A DNA stretch of 64,000 bases from an uncultured Clostridia bacterium (GCA_934754495.1 CAKVHW010000001.1:136462-200461); one strand, 5' to 3'; numbered from the stretch's first letter, positions 48,344-58,003 are shown. Program-made: numbers and translations. Notes: generated by a model from the letters alone, not told the origin.

Positions 48344-50974
48344 TTAAATATTGTTCCTTTTTGAAATGTTTGACACATATTCAATATGCTCAACAGCAAA
48401 TCCTTGTTTTTTTTCTATTATTTTTCCAAGCTTAATAATATCCCCAATTTTGGGAGTAAAATCCAGCCTAAATCTAGAAAAATAAATTCCTTTAGGATAA
48501 TCTAAGTTTTTAACAAAACCAAAATCTTCTCTAACATTGTATATTATGGCTTCTCCTTTATTTAATGATGCCAACTCTGAATCAACATCAAAGACATAGG
48601 ATAACAATTCTTCTCGGCCATTAAAATTAGGGAATTCGCTTTTCTTTTCCCTTATAATTTTTTTTAAGCGTTTGAAGTTTGTAGTTTTAAATAAATTAGT
48701 ATTATATTTTCTAAACGTTTCATTGATAATCTCCAAAACCTTTTTGTTGGGGACGACATAAAACATATCTGTAAGTACAAGTGCAATAAAATTTAGAGTA
48801 TCTTCATCTGGATCAGGTTCTTTTTCAACAGTGGTCAAACATTCACTAAGTTTCTCTAGTTTTAAAGAAATGTTTCGATTATCAATTTTTTCAGCCTCTC
48901 TTCTTTTTATGTCAGACAATCTTAAATAAAAAAGATTTCTAGCAGTCCTATTTTTTTCTATATTGTGAAACTCAATTGAATCTATACAATTATAAGCCTC
49001 ATCAAATCTTCCGCAACAAGATAAAATTTTCGTTTTTTCAAAAACAATATATTCATCTTTTTTAATTAGCTCTGCCTTATCCAATTTGTCAATTGCACCA
49101 TTGTAATCATTTGTGCTGAGTAAAAATTTTGCATAATGAATATATATCATTCTTGTTTCATTAATATCCGTTGAATTATTTAATGCTATTTCATATTCTT
49201 CTATTGATCTCTGAGGGTTTGTGCTTGAATTTAAAAAAGCACTTACTATGTTGCAGGCAAAAAAATTCGGACTTATGCGTTTTGCTATATCTAAAAGGTT
49301 GCTACACTCTGAGATGTTTTTGTTTTTATAGCAAGATAATGCTTCTCTAAGATAATATGCCGATACGAGTTTATGTTTTTCACTAGTCGAAACAAAGTAG
49401 TTTTTTATATTGTAAGGATCTGTATTAAAATCTGATGCCAACTCTTGCTCAAAGGCAAACAATCTTTTTTGCTTGTTGTTAAGCCTAATTTGATCATATT
49501 TATCTAGTTTTAATAAGAATTCCTTTGCAAACTCAGATACGGATATAACAGAGTCATCATTATAAATTGTTTGTTCAATAAAACTACTATTTATTAAATC
49601 ATTTATTGCTTTTCTTATTTTTAATTCGTTTCCTTTTTCTACTTCCATAAAATAAAAAAGCTCGCCTATTGTTAATGATTTATTCAGAACAGATAAAACG
49701 TTTAATAAATTTTTCGCATCTTCACTAAGTTTTTCATAAACATTCGACATGCAGAAATTTACAACATCATCCTTATGACTTAGTATATCTTTTATATCTT
49801 TCGCATCTTTACGTGATGATAGTGTTCTTACAAACCATTTTATTGCAAGGGGATTTGAGTGTAATTCATTTTTTGCATAATTTAATTTTTCATCATATGT
49901 AAAATAATTCTTAAATCCATACAATTCAAGTAAGGTATCGAAATATTCTAGCATATCTTCTTCTTTCAATCCCAAAAGTTTATAACGTGTTTCCATCTCA
50001 CCCAATCCAATTCTTGACGTAATAATAACTTTTGCATTTTCAGTAAAACGAGAAAGGAAGTCTTTTACTTCTTCGGAGTTTATTGTTTCCAAGTTGTCCA
50101 AAACAAGTAAAATGTTAAATTTAGTAGATAAAGATATCAAATACTCTTTTATATCAACCTGTTGATCATTACCTCCAACAACATCATACAATTCTTTATA
50201 CATTCCCGATGTATCAGTTATAGCATTTTCTATTTTTTGAAACTCATATTTATTTAGTGTCTTGGTTTTTAAAGATGTCCATAATATCAAATTAAAAGGC
50301 TGGTTTATATCATCAAGTAATTCATATAGTAATTTGATAGTTGTTGAAGTTTTACCAATTCCGCCTTCGCCAACTATACTTAAAATATGCACATTCTTTT
50401 TAAATAGTTTTTCCTTTATTTCGCCTATTTCTTTTTTTCTTCCAATAAAAGAAGTTTCTTCAAAATCAACGTCTTGTGGTAAATTTTCAATAACACTAAG
50501 AGATTTTTTCAATCTAATTTTAGATTCAAGCTTTAACAACTCGTCGTTATTTGGCAAAATATTATTTTGAGCAAAATCCACATTTGTCCAACTAAACAGT
50601 GACAGCTCTTTACTGATACAATTAAAACATTCCTGCAGTTTTGGAAAATCATAAAAATCAAGTAGCCTTGGGTGCATTATTTTGTTTCTAATTCCTATTA
50701 TTTCAGACAATGTGGAGTTGACAAATTTCTTTTCACTGCTTGTGGCTTCTAATTTTAATATATTATAATTAAATATTTCAATATATTGTTGTAAGTCTAA
50801 GGCTCTTAAGAAATCCTCAAAGCTGTTAATGGCTTTTTTGCTACTAATTTCACTTTTTAAGTTTGATGGAATGTCGTCTAATGTTAAAAACTGTAAATAA
50901 TTATAAATAATATCTTCTTCTATTGAATTAATCATTACATACATTTTTATTCGTTTTAAAAGTTTATTTATCAT
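48344..50974 (-). CDS. STAND NTPase fusion: N-terminal Swt1-like HEPN, NB-ARC-type P-loop NTPase, TPR-like repeats, C-terminal cold-shock (OB) domain
   Basis: HEPN motif RNKIMH at nt 50672-50689. Walker A GEGGIGKT at nt 50348-50371. Walker B LLVLDNLE, plus IITSR and SNPLAIKW (NB-ARC-like RNBS-B and GLPL motifs). Helical-repeat region at about aa 540-700. The C-terminal GEAIIYNVREDFGFVKNLDYPKGIYFSRF...GDIIKL...GFAVEHI (nt about 48374-48556) matches the CSD pattern G-x-V-x-x-F-x-x-x-x-GFGFI...VF. Confidence 0.8.
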   Translation of the reverse strand: MINKLLKRIKMYVMINSIEEDIIYNYLQFLTLDDIPSNLKSEISSKKAINSFEDFLRALDLQQYIEIFNYNILKLEATSSEKKFVNSTLSEIIGIRNKIMHPRLLDFYDFPKLQECFNCISKELSLFSWTNVDFAQNNILPNNDELLKLESKIRLKKSLSVIENLPQDVDFEETSFIGRKKEIGEIKEKLFKKNVHILSIVGEGGIGKTSTTIKLLYELLDDINQPFNLILWTSLKTKTLNKYEFQKIENAITDTSGMYKELYDVVGGNDQQVDIKEYLISLSTKFNILLVLDNLETINSEEVKDFLSRFTENAKVIITSRIGLGEMETRYKLLGLKEEDMLEYFDTLLELYGFKNYFTYDEKLNYAKNELHSNPLAIKWFVRTLSSRKDAKDIKDILSHKDDVVNFCMSNVYEKLSEDAKNLLNVLSVLNKSLTIGELFYFMEVEKGNELKIRKAINDLINSSFIEQTIYNDDSVISVSEFAKEFLLKLDKYDQIRLNNKQKRLFAFEQELASDFNTDPYNIKNYFVSTSEKHKLVSAYYLREALSCYKNKNISECSNLLDIAKRISPNFFACNIVSAFLNSSTNPQRSIEEYEIALNNSTDINETRMIYIHYAKFLLSTNDYNGAIDKLDKAELIKKDEYIVFEKTKILSCCGRFDEAYNCIDSIEFHNIEKNRTARNLFYLRLSDIKRREAEKIDNRNISLKLEKLSECLTTVEKEPDPDEDTLNFIALVLTDMFYVVPNKKVLEIINETFRKYNTNLFKTTNFKRLKKIIREKKSEFPNFNGREELLSYVFDVDSELASLNKGEAIIYNVREDFGFVKNLDYPKGIYFSRFRLDFTPKIGDIIKLGKIIEKKQGFAVEHIEYVSNISKRNNI

Positions 50975-51457
50975 TTAATACGGTTACCTTTTGTTTTTTT
51001 ATATTATACCATAAAATACTAATTTTCCAATTAATTATTAATCTTATTTACATAATGTAACAGCTTTAATTCAACATAACAACATAATATTGTTGTTTGA
51101 GATATTAATTTTCTATCATTTTAGATTAAAACACATTAATTTCAATATAAACTATTGTTACTACAAGGGCAAGCACTTCGTCGAAAAGAACTGACAACTA
51201 AATATCATTTACACCCATAATTAACCGTTTTTGCGTGAGCAAGTTGAAAATCTTTAATGTTTAGTGTGTTAAATATTATAGAAAGCTCTTGACAATTATT
51301 ATTATAAATATTAATTTATTTATAATATGAAGTTATTAATTATAAATCGTTTAATTTATGATGGACGCTTACTGAAAATAATTTTTTTGTCTAATTACAT
51401 AAGGATTTAAAGGTGGCTATCAATGATTTCAAATAACAAATAATTGGTGGAAGTGAT

Positions 51458-52654
51458 ATGACGACTTTTTTAATAGTGTTTATCTTGGTTTTGGCAGCAG
51501 TATGTGTTTTGCACTGTTTTTTTACAAGTCCATGCAACTTTAGGGATTGGTTTGTTAACAAACATGCATGGATTTGGATTGTTGGAGTAGTTATATCTTT
51601 TATTATACTAGCTTTATTCATTGAATCGCCACTGATTTTTGTTTGTGTATTCGCTGCGGGGCTTTTTATAGTTTTTGTGGGCTGTAATAATTGGTCGACC
51701 ACAAAAGATGCCAGAGAAAAGAAAAACAAAGAAAAAAATGATAACTTTTTTGAGGAGTGTGTTTATAACAAAATAGATAAAATGCTTATATATTCTAGTT
51801 GTGGAACCGACTTTAAAATCGAAAAACACAAATTTACATGCTATAGTAATAAATTGAAAAAAATTATTGATAACATATATTTCGATGTTAAGAATAGAAC
51901 AAATAGAGATGATTGTCGTGAAGACTATTATATATTGAGAAATTTTATTGGTGACTCTTTGGAAGATGTTACAAAATTCGAAAAAAAAGTTATAGAGAAT
52001 CGTTTCAAGTTTGTAAGCACAGATTTGGAGGTGGCTAGTTTCTTTGATGTAAAGTATAACAAAATAAGTGAATATTTGCTAAATTTCAAGGAAAGCATGT
52101 GTAAAACCTTTTTAATAATCAAAGGAGGATATATTACTCCAAACAAACAAGACCTAAGGATATATAAAATCCTGCCAGAAAAGTTGATTGAAATCGAAAG
52201 AAAAAACATGAAACCTTATTTAAGAATATTCGAAATCGAAAATTTTTTAAGGATATATATAAATTTAAAGTATTATGCAAAATATGGCAATTATAGTTTG
52301 GATGAATTATTTAAATATGCTACAAAAGCAAAGGCTAAATCACAAACAAGATTTGAAACTGCACAAAAACAAGGTTGGACAATGCCTTTAGAACAGCCAA
52401 TTGTGTTTTATGTTAATTTTGAAGACTTGGAATCCTTGTTAACAGCCTCATCCAATTGGGATTTGTTCAAGGACGATTTTAAAAGTCAAGATTTTATTAA
52501 GTTGCGTTTAAATGAATTATATGATATAAGAAACAAAATAGCACACAATTGTTCTCTAAGTAAGAGTGAAATAACAAGCTTAAACAGATGGTGTGGTCAA
52601 ATTTATTCGCAACTTTCAAACTACAAAGAGAAAATAAGAAATTGGAAGTTCTAG
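51458..52654 (+). CDS. Membrane protein with three N-terminal TM helices and a C-terminal Swt1-like HEPN domain
   Basis: RBS GGTGGA. TM segments lie within aa 1-80. NELYDIRNKIAHNCSL gives RNKIAH at nt 52529-52546. The upstream VNFEDLESLLTASSNWDLF parallels INSFEDFLRALDLQQYIEIF of the STAND protein. Confidence 0.75.
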   Translation: MTTFLIVFILVLAAVCVLHCFFTSPCNFRDWFVNKHAWIWIVGVVISFIILALFIESPLIFVCVFAAGLFIVFVGCNNWSTTKDAREKKNKEKNDNFFEECVYNKIDKMLIYSSCGTDFKIEKHKFTCYSNKLKKIIDNIYFDVKNRTNRDDCREDYYILRNFIGDSLEDVTKFEKKVIENRFKFVSTDLEVASFFDVKYNKISEYLLNFKESMCKTFLIIKGGYITPNKQDLRIYKILPEKLIEIERKNMKPYLRIFEIENFLRIYINLKYYAKYGNYSLDELFKYATKAKAKSQTRFETAQKQGWTMPLEQPIVFYVNFEDLESLLTASSNWDLFKDDFKSQDFIKLRLNELYDIRNKIAHNCSLSKSEITSLNRWCGQIYSQLSNYKEKIRNWKF

Positions 52655-52675
52655 ATCTGATTTTGCTATAGATAA

Positions 52676-52701
52676 ACAAAAAGAGCCATTGGCTCTTTTT
52701 G
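52676..52701 (+). terminator. Terminator after the TM-HEPN gene
   Basis: AGAGCC-ATT-GGCTCT followed by TTTTT. Confidence 0.7.
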
Positions 52702-52829
52702 TTTGTGTAATATTGATTTAAAATATAAAATTAAAATCTGCCGTGTTTCATATTTTTCTTAAGCATGTTGTTTACAGGGTTTGTAAACATTGTCATAATT
52801 CTGTAAACAACTTCTTTAAATTAACATGC

Positions 52830-53168
52830 TTAGATGCATTCTACTTGAATTGCCAATACACCGTAGGTTTGTTCGTCGTAGGGTGTGTAGAATGTGTGAT
52901 AGGTATCAACAATCTGTTCTTTAGAATAATTTTCAAAACCCAGTAGGGTGGCAGGAAGAGTAGATGCCATTTGAACAAATGATTTAAAGTGATATAGGTT
53001 GGTTACCTTTACCTTAATTGTTTGCCTTGTTGTTAGACTTGTAAAAACTATTGTGTCGTCAATGTTAATAAGTTTACGTTTTTCATCGTTTAGTCTAACT
53101 TCGTATATTTTTTCTTTAGATGCAATTTTATTAAAATACACATCTTGAAGTTTCATCTCATGAACCAT
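52830..53168 (-). CDS. ASCH domain protein
   Basis: KLQDVYFNKIASKEKIYEVRLNDEKR fits the ASCH N-terminal pattern (F..I..G.K..E.R). About 110 aa. Confidence 0.65.
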   Translation of the reverse strand: MVHEMKLQDVYFNKIASKEKIYEVRLNDEKRKLINIDDTIVFTSLTTRQTIKVKVTNLYHFKSFVQMASTLPATLLGFENYSKEQIVDTYHTFYTPYDEQTYGVLAIQVECI

Positions 53169-53177
53169 ATTTTCTCG

Positions 53178-53660
53178 CTATTTTTCAGTTTTGTTGGTTT
53201 CGTTTGTGTTTGTTAATTTTGCTTTTTGGTTATCCACTTTTCCACGATAAACCACCAATCGGCAGAAAAGATATTCAGTTATAAAATTTAAAATCATTGA
53301 AATTGCAAGCACTAAGTATTCGTTCCAGCCAGAACGTTGTAGGGCGTTGCCACCAATTGTTGAAAGCGGAGTAAATACAAGATAATAGCAAAATACTTCA
53401 AGCATTGCAAGTGGAATATTCGCAGCCGATTTGAATGTGAATTTGCGGTTTAAGGTAAAATTCCAAAGCACGCTTAAAATTAATGAAATTAAATAACTTG
53501 GCCAGTATGGAAGTTTTATTAACTCATTTAAAAGTGTAAACGATAGTAATTGAATAAGCCCAGCACTAATAGAAAAAAACACAAATTTAACGAGCCTTAA
53601 AGTTTCGGCTTTTTTATTCGATGAAGAAGGTGTTTCTAAATTTTTTGTTTCGTTTTCCAT
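53178..53660 (-). CDS. GtrA family membrane protein
   Basis: 160 aa with four TM helices and the GtrA-like pattern FVFFSISAGLIQLLSF...NFTLNRKFTF. Confidence 0.7.
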   Translation of the reverse strand: MENETKNLETPSSSNKKAETLRLVKFVFFSISAGLIQLLSFTLLNELIKLPYWPSYLISLILSVLWNFTLNRKFTFKSAANIPLAMLEVFCYYLVFTPLSTIGGNALQRSGWNEYLVLAISMILNFITEYLFCRLVVYRGKVDNQKAKLTNTNETNKTEK

Positions 53661-53678
53661 TTTTTCATATCCTAAAAA

Positions 53679-54248
53679 TTAATCTCTGTAAATGTTTGAC
53701 CTGCAGTGGTCAGTCCTAAAATGTGCTTCAATTCTAAAAGGTAGCTTGTCTGGTTCTTTAACCTTTTTAACATAAATTAATGTATTTGGGTCGCTCTTAG
53801 ATTGCACACTTTGAAAACCATTATGCTCAAATAATTTTCTGCTAGGTGTGTTTTTAATATTAACATCAGAACTCATGTAGTTAAAGCCCTTTGAGTGCTC
53901 TTTAATGTAGTTTAGCATTTGAGTTGCAACTCCATAGCCCTGAGCCTTTTTTGTTACACCAATTTGCATAATGTGTAAATCTGTGTCTTCGCCACCTTTT
54001 TTAATGTGACAACCACTGTTTAGACCACAAAATCCAACTAAGTGTTCGCCGATATAAGCGGTTATTAAGTGAGTGCAATGGTCGTAAACTATGCTAAAAT
54101 TGCTTAAAAAACCACCTTTGTTAACGTGGTTTTCGTTGATTATTGGAATAAGCTTTTGGCAATTGAATCCATTAATGCGTTCTTCTTTTATTTTAATAGG
54201 TAAATCGGGTATCATAACAAAATTCTCCATATATAAATAGTATATCAC
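53679..54248 (-). CDS. GNAT family N-acetyltransferase
   Basis: IMQIGVTKKAQGYGVATQMLNYI (Q/RxxGxG/A acetyl-CoA motif). The start codon is uncertain. Confidence 0.75.
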   Translation of the reverse strand: MIYYLYMENFVMIPDLPIKIKEERINGFNCQKLIPIINENHVNKGGFLSNFSIVYDHCTHLITAYIGEHLVGFCGLNSGCHIKKGGEDTDLHIMQIGVTKKAQGYGVATQMLNYIKEHSKGFNYMSSDVNIKNTPSRKLFEHNGFQSVQSKSDPNTLIYVKKVKEPDKLPFRIEAHFRTDHCRSNIYRD

Positions 54249-54445
54249 TTTTCATTGTATTACGCAACCTGTAATTGTTTGTTAAAAAACTAAAATGTAA
54301 TGCTTTTTGCTGTACATACACACTAAAAAACATTTTCTAAATGTTTAATATTTTTAGGTATAAAAATTTTTGGGTGTAATATTTTTGTTGACTAAAAGGT
54401 GCTTATTGAATATATTAATATGTATGATTTTTAAAGGGAGAAAAC

Positions 54446-56200
54446 ATGTTTAAACTTATATTTCAAAACACTAAAAAACGAGAATGGCTTTCAGTATTGG
54501 CGGTTGTAATTTTCATTGTTGGGCAAGTATTTCTTGATTTAAAACTTCCAGATTACATGCAAGAAATCACGGTTATGATAAATGGCGGAACAGCAACCAC
54601 AAGTGCGGTGCTAAAATCAGGCGGATTTATGCTACTATGTGCTGTAAGTAGTGCTTTATTATCGGTATGTGTAGGATATATTGTTGCTAGATTATCCGCA
54701 ACAGTTTCAGCCAGAATTAGAAGTAAAGTTTTTAATAAAGTGCTAAGTTTTTCGCATGGCGAAATAAATAAATTTAGCACCGCAAGCCTTATCACTCGTA
54801 GCACTAATGACGTTGCACAAATTCAAGGTTTTATTGCAATGGGCATGCAGGCTTCAATTAAAGCACCAATTTTGGCGGTGTGGGCAATATGTAAAATTGC
54901 AAATAAAAGTTGGCAGTGGAGCACTGCAACAGCCGTGGCAGTTGGATTCCTTCTAATTGTTGTTGTAACATGCCTAGTTCTCGCTTTGCCAAGGTTTAAA
55001 AAGATTCAAACTCTTACTGATAATCTTAATAGGGTTACTAGAGAAAACCTTACAGGTGTAAGAGTGGTTAGGGCATATAATGCCGAAAATTACGAAGAAC
55101 AAAAATTTGAAAAAGCAAACAACGACATTACCCAAAACCACTTGTTTACTCAAAGGGTTATGGCTATTATGAGTCCGGCAATGTCAATGTTGATGAGTGG
55201 TCTTAGCCTTGCAATTTATTGGATTGGGGCTCACTTAATCAATGAAGCACCACTTGTTAGTAAGAGTGTGCTAATGGGTGACATGGTTGTATTTATGTCG
55301 TACTCAGTTCAAGTAATTATGGCATTTATAATGCTAGTAATGATATTTGTTTTGACTCCACGTAGCATGGTGGCAGGAAAAAGAATAAACGAAGTATTAG
55401 ATACTAAGTCCAGCATTTTAGACGGTGAAGGGAATATTGTACCTGAGCCTAATAAAACTGGTGAAGTTGAATTTAAACACGTTTGCTTTAAATATCCTAA
55501 TGCTGATGAATATGTGTTAAAAGACATTACTTTTACTGCTAAAAAGGGTGAAACTGTGGCAATCATTGGCTCAACAGGTTGTGGGAAAAGCACACTTGTA
55601 AACCTTGTACCTCGTTTTTATGATATTACAGAGGGAAGCCTTACAGTAGATGGTGTAAATGTTAAAGAATACAAACTTGCAGATTTACATAATAAAATTG
55701 GCTATGTATCGCAAAAGGCGGTTATGTTCTCTGGAACAGTTGAAAGTAACATCTCGCTTGGCGATTACATAAAAGAACCTACAAAAGAAGATATGATGAC
55801 TGCCATAGATACAGCACAAGCAAGTGACTTTATAAAAACAGAAGACGACCTTAATAAACCAATTACTCAAGGTGGTCTTAACGTGTCTGGTGGTCAAAAG
55901 CAAAGGCTTAGTATTGCAAGGGCATTACTTAGAGCACCTGAAATTTTAATTTTTGACGATACTTTTTCAGCCCTTGATTACAAAACTGATAAAAAACTTA
56001 GAAAGGCAATTAGCCAAAAATTAAAAGATAGCACATGTTTAATTGTTGCTCAACGTATTGGAACAATTAAAAATGCAGACAAAATTATTGTGCTAGAAGA
56101 TGGTGAAATTGCAGGAATTGGCAAACATGACGAACTTCTAAAAACCTGCAAAGTATATCAAGAAATAGCACTTTCACAATTAAGTAAGGAGGAATTGTAG
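54446..56200 (+). CDS. ABC transporter permease/ATP-binding protein (exporter half-transporter)
   Basis: Six-TM domain, Walker A GSTGCGKST, signature VSGGQKQR and Walker B ILIFDD. Confidence 0.9.
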   Translation: MFKLIFQNTKKREWLSVLAVVIFIVGQVFLDLKLPDYMQEITVMINGGTATTSAVLKSGGFMLLCAVSSALLSVCVGYIVARLSATVSARIRSKVFNKVLSFSHGEINKFSTASLITRSTNDVAQIQGFIAMGMQASIKAPILAVWAICKIANKSWQWSTATAVAVGFLLIVVVTCLVLALPRFKKIQTLTDNLNRVTRENLTGVRVVRAYNAENYEEQKFEKANNDITQNHLFTQRVMAIMSPAMSMLMSGLSLAIYWIGAHLINEAPLVSKSVLMGDMVVFMSYSVQVIMAFIMLVMIFVLTPRSMVAGKRINEVLDTKSSILDGEGNIVPEPNKTGEVEFKHVCFKYPNADEYVLKDITFTAKKGETVAIIGSTGCGKSTLVNLVPRFYDITEGSLTVDGVNVKEYKLADLHNKIGYVSQKAVMFSGTVESNISLGDYIKEPTKEDMMTAIDTAQASDFIKTEDDLNKPITQGGLNVSGGQKQRLSIARALLRAPEILIFDDTFSALDYKTDKKLRKAISQKLKDSTCLIVAQRIGTIKNADKIIVLEDGEIAGIGKHDELLKTCKVYQEIALSQLSKEEL

Positions 56201-56201
56201 C

Positions 56202-58001
56202 ATGCCAAGACCAAATAATAATGCTAATATGGGCAAAGCAAAAAACTTTAAAAAATCCGCCTTACGTTTCTTTGGGTATTGCAAAAAACACATGGTTACA
56301 ATCATAATTGCTGTTGTGCTTTCGGTTGTTAGCACAGTGTTTACGCTAATTGGGCCAGATAAACTAAAAGAAATAACCAACATTATTTCAAAACCATTTG
56401 GAATATTACAGCAAACAGGTGTGTGGGTTGGAATTGATATTAATGCAGTTTTAAAAATTGCAATTTTTCTTGTTGTTATTTACGGGGTTGGTGCAATTTG
56501 TGGCTATACACAAGGCTTTTTAATGAGCGGAGTTACACAAAAAGTTTCTAAAAAAATGCGTAGTGACATTTCGTGTAAAATAAACCGCTTGCCACTAAGT
56601 TATCTAGACCGTACTCCGTATGGTGACGTGCTTAGCCGTGTAACCAACGATGTTGACACGGTTTCGCAATCGCTCAACAACAGTATTACTACTTTAGTAA
56701 GTGCAACAACATTATTTGTTGGAAGTGTTGTTATGATGTTTGTCACCAACTGGATTATGGCACTATCGGCAATTGGTGCATCACTAATTGGATTTGTAAT
56801 AATGTTTTTGGTGATGTCTAAATCACAAAAGTACTTTATTGAGCAACAACAAGTGTTGGGAGTTCTAAACGGACAAATTGAAGAAGTTTATTCTGGTCAA
56901 ACAATTGTTAAGGCATATAATGCCGAACGTGAAGTAACCGAAAAATTTGAAAATAGTAACTCAAAACTATACTCAAGTGCGTGGAAATCACAATTTTTAA
57001 GTGGTTTAATGGGACCTATCATGAACTTTATGGGAAACTTTGGCTATGTTGTTGTGTGTGTTGTTGGCTCGGCACTTGCAATTAAGGGCTCAATAAGTTT
57101 TGGTGTAATCGTTGCATTTATGGTGTATATTAGATTATTCATGCAACCACTTAGTCAATTTGCACAATGCCTAACAAATGTTCAACAACTTGTAGCATCA
57201 AGCGAACGTGTATTTGAATTTTTGGACGAACCAGAACTTTTAGCAGAACACCCTACAAAAAAACTTAGCACAGTTAAGGGCAATGTTGAATTTAAAAATG
57301 TTAAGTTTGGTTATAGCCCAGACAAAACAATTATTCACGACTTTAGTGCAAAAATTAAGGCAGGTCAAAAAGTTGCAATTGTAGGTCCAACAGGGGCAGG
57401 CAAAACAACACTTGTAAACCTACTTATGAGATTTTACGAAATAGACAATGGCGACATTTATATTGACGGTATTAATACTAAAGATATGTCTAGAGATAAT
57501 ATTCACAATTTGTTTGGAATGGTTTTGCAAGATACATGGCTATTTGAAGGTACAATAAAACAAAATATTGTGTATTCTAAGCAAAATGTTAGTGATGAAA
57601 CAGTAATTGATGCATGTCGTGAGTGTGGACTTCATCACTTTATTAAAACCTTGCCACAAGGATACGACACAGTGTTAGATGACACAACAACAATCTCGGC
57701 AGGGCAAAAGCAGTTGTTGACTATTGCAAGGGCAATGGTTCAGGACAATCCAATGTTAATTTTAGATGAAGCAACAAGTAGTGTTGATACTCGAACAGAA
57801 ATACTTATTCAAAATGCAATGGATAAACTTATGAAGGGTCGCACAACTTTTGTAATTGCTCATAGACTATCTACAATAAAAAATGCCGATTTAATACTTG
57901 TATTAAAAGATGGCGACATTATAGAAAAAGGCAAACATGCCGAACTTTTAGCTAAAGGTGGAGCATATGCCGAATTATATAATAGTCAATTTGAAGAATG
58001 A
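56202..58001 (+). CDS. ABC transporter permease/ATP-binding protein (heterodimer partner)
   Basis: Walker A GPTGAGKTT, signature ISAGQKQL and Walker B LILDEATS. Starts 1 nt after the upstream gene's stop. Confidence 0.9.
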   Translation: MPRPNNNANMGKAKNFKKSALRFFGYCKKHMVTIIIAVVLSVVSTVFTLIGPDKLKEITNIISKPFGILQQTGVWVGIDINAVLKIAIFLVVIYGVGAICGYTQGFLMSGVTQKVSKKMRSDISCKINRLPLSYLDRTPYGDVLSRVTNDVDTVSQSLNNSITTLVSATTLFVGSVVMMFVTNWIMALSAIGASLIGFVIMFLVMSKSQKYFIEQQQVLGVLNGQIEEVYSGQTIVKAYNAEREVTEKFENSNSKLYSSAWKSQFLSGLMGPIMNFMGNFGYVVVCVVGSALAIKGSISFGVIVAFMVYIRLFMQPLSQFAQCLTNVQQLVASSERVFEFLDEPELLAEHPTKKLSTVKGNVEFKNVKFGYSPDKTIIHDFSAKIKAGQKVAIVGPTGAGKTTLVNLLMRFYEIDNGDIYIDGINTKDMSRDNIHNLFGMVLQDTWLFEGTIKQNIVYSKQNVSDETVIDACRECGLHHFIKTLPQGYDTVLDDTTTISAGQKQLLTIARAMVQDNPMLILDEATSSVDTRTEILIQNAMDKLMKGRTTFVIAHRLSTIKNADLILVLKDGDIIEKGKHAELLAKGGAYAELYNSQFEE

Positions 58002-58003
58002 GA

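Noticed and set aside
51423-51443. Six-codon mini-ORF (MISNNK) with a good RBS (AAGGTGG) just upstream of the TM-HEPN gene, possibly a leader peptide.
   Set aside because: It is too short to support from sequence alone, with no attenuator structure or conservation evidence available.
44427-52763. Prophage interpretation of the tRNA-Ser island.
   Set aside because: I could recognise no capsid, tail, terminase, portal, lysis or replication genes. The content is defence-like, so I call it a genomic (defence) island rather than a prophage.
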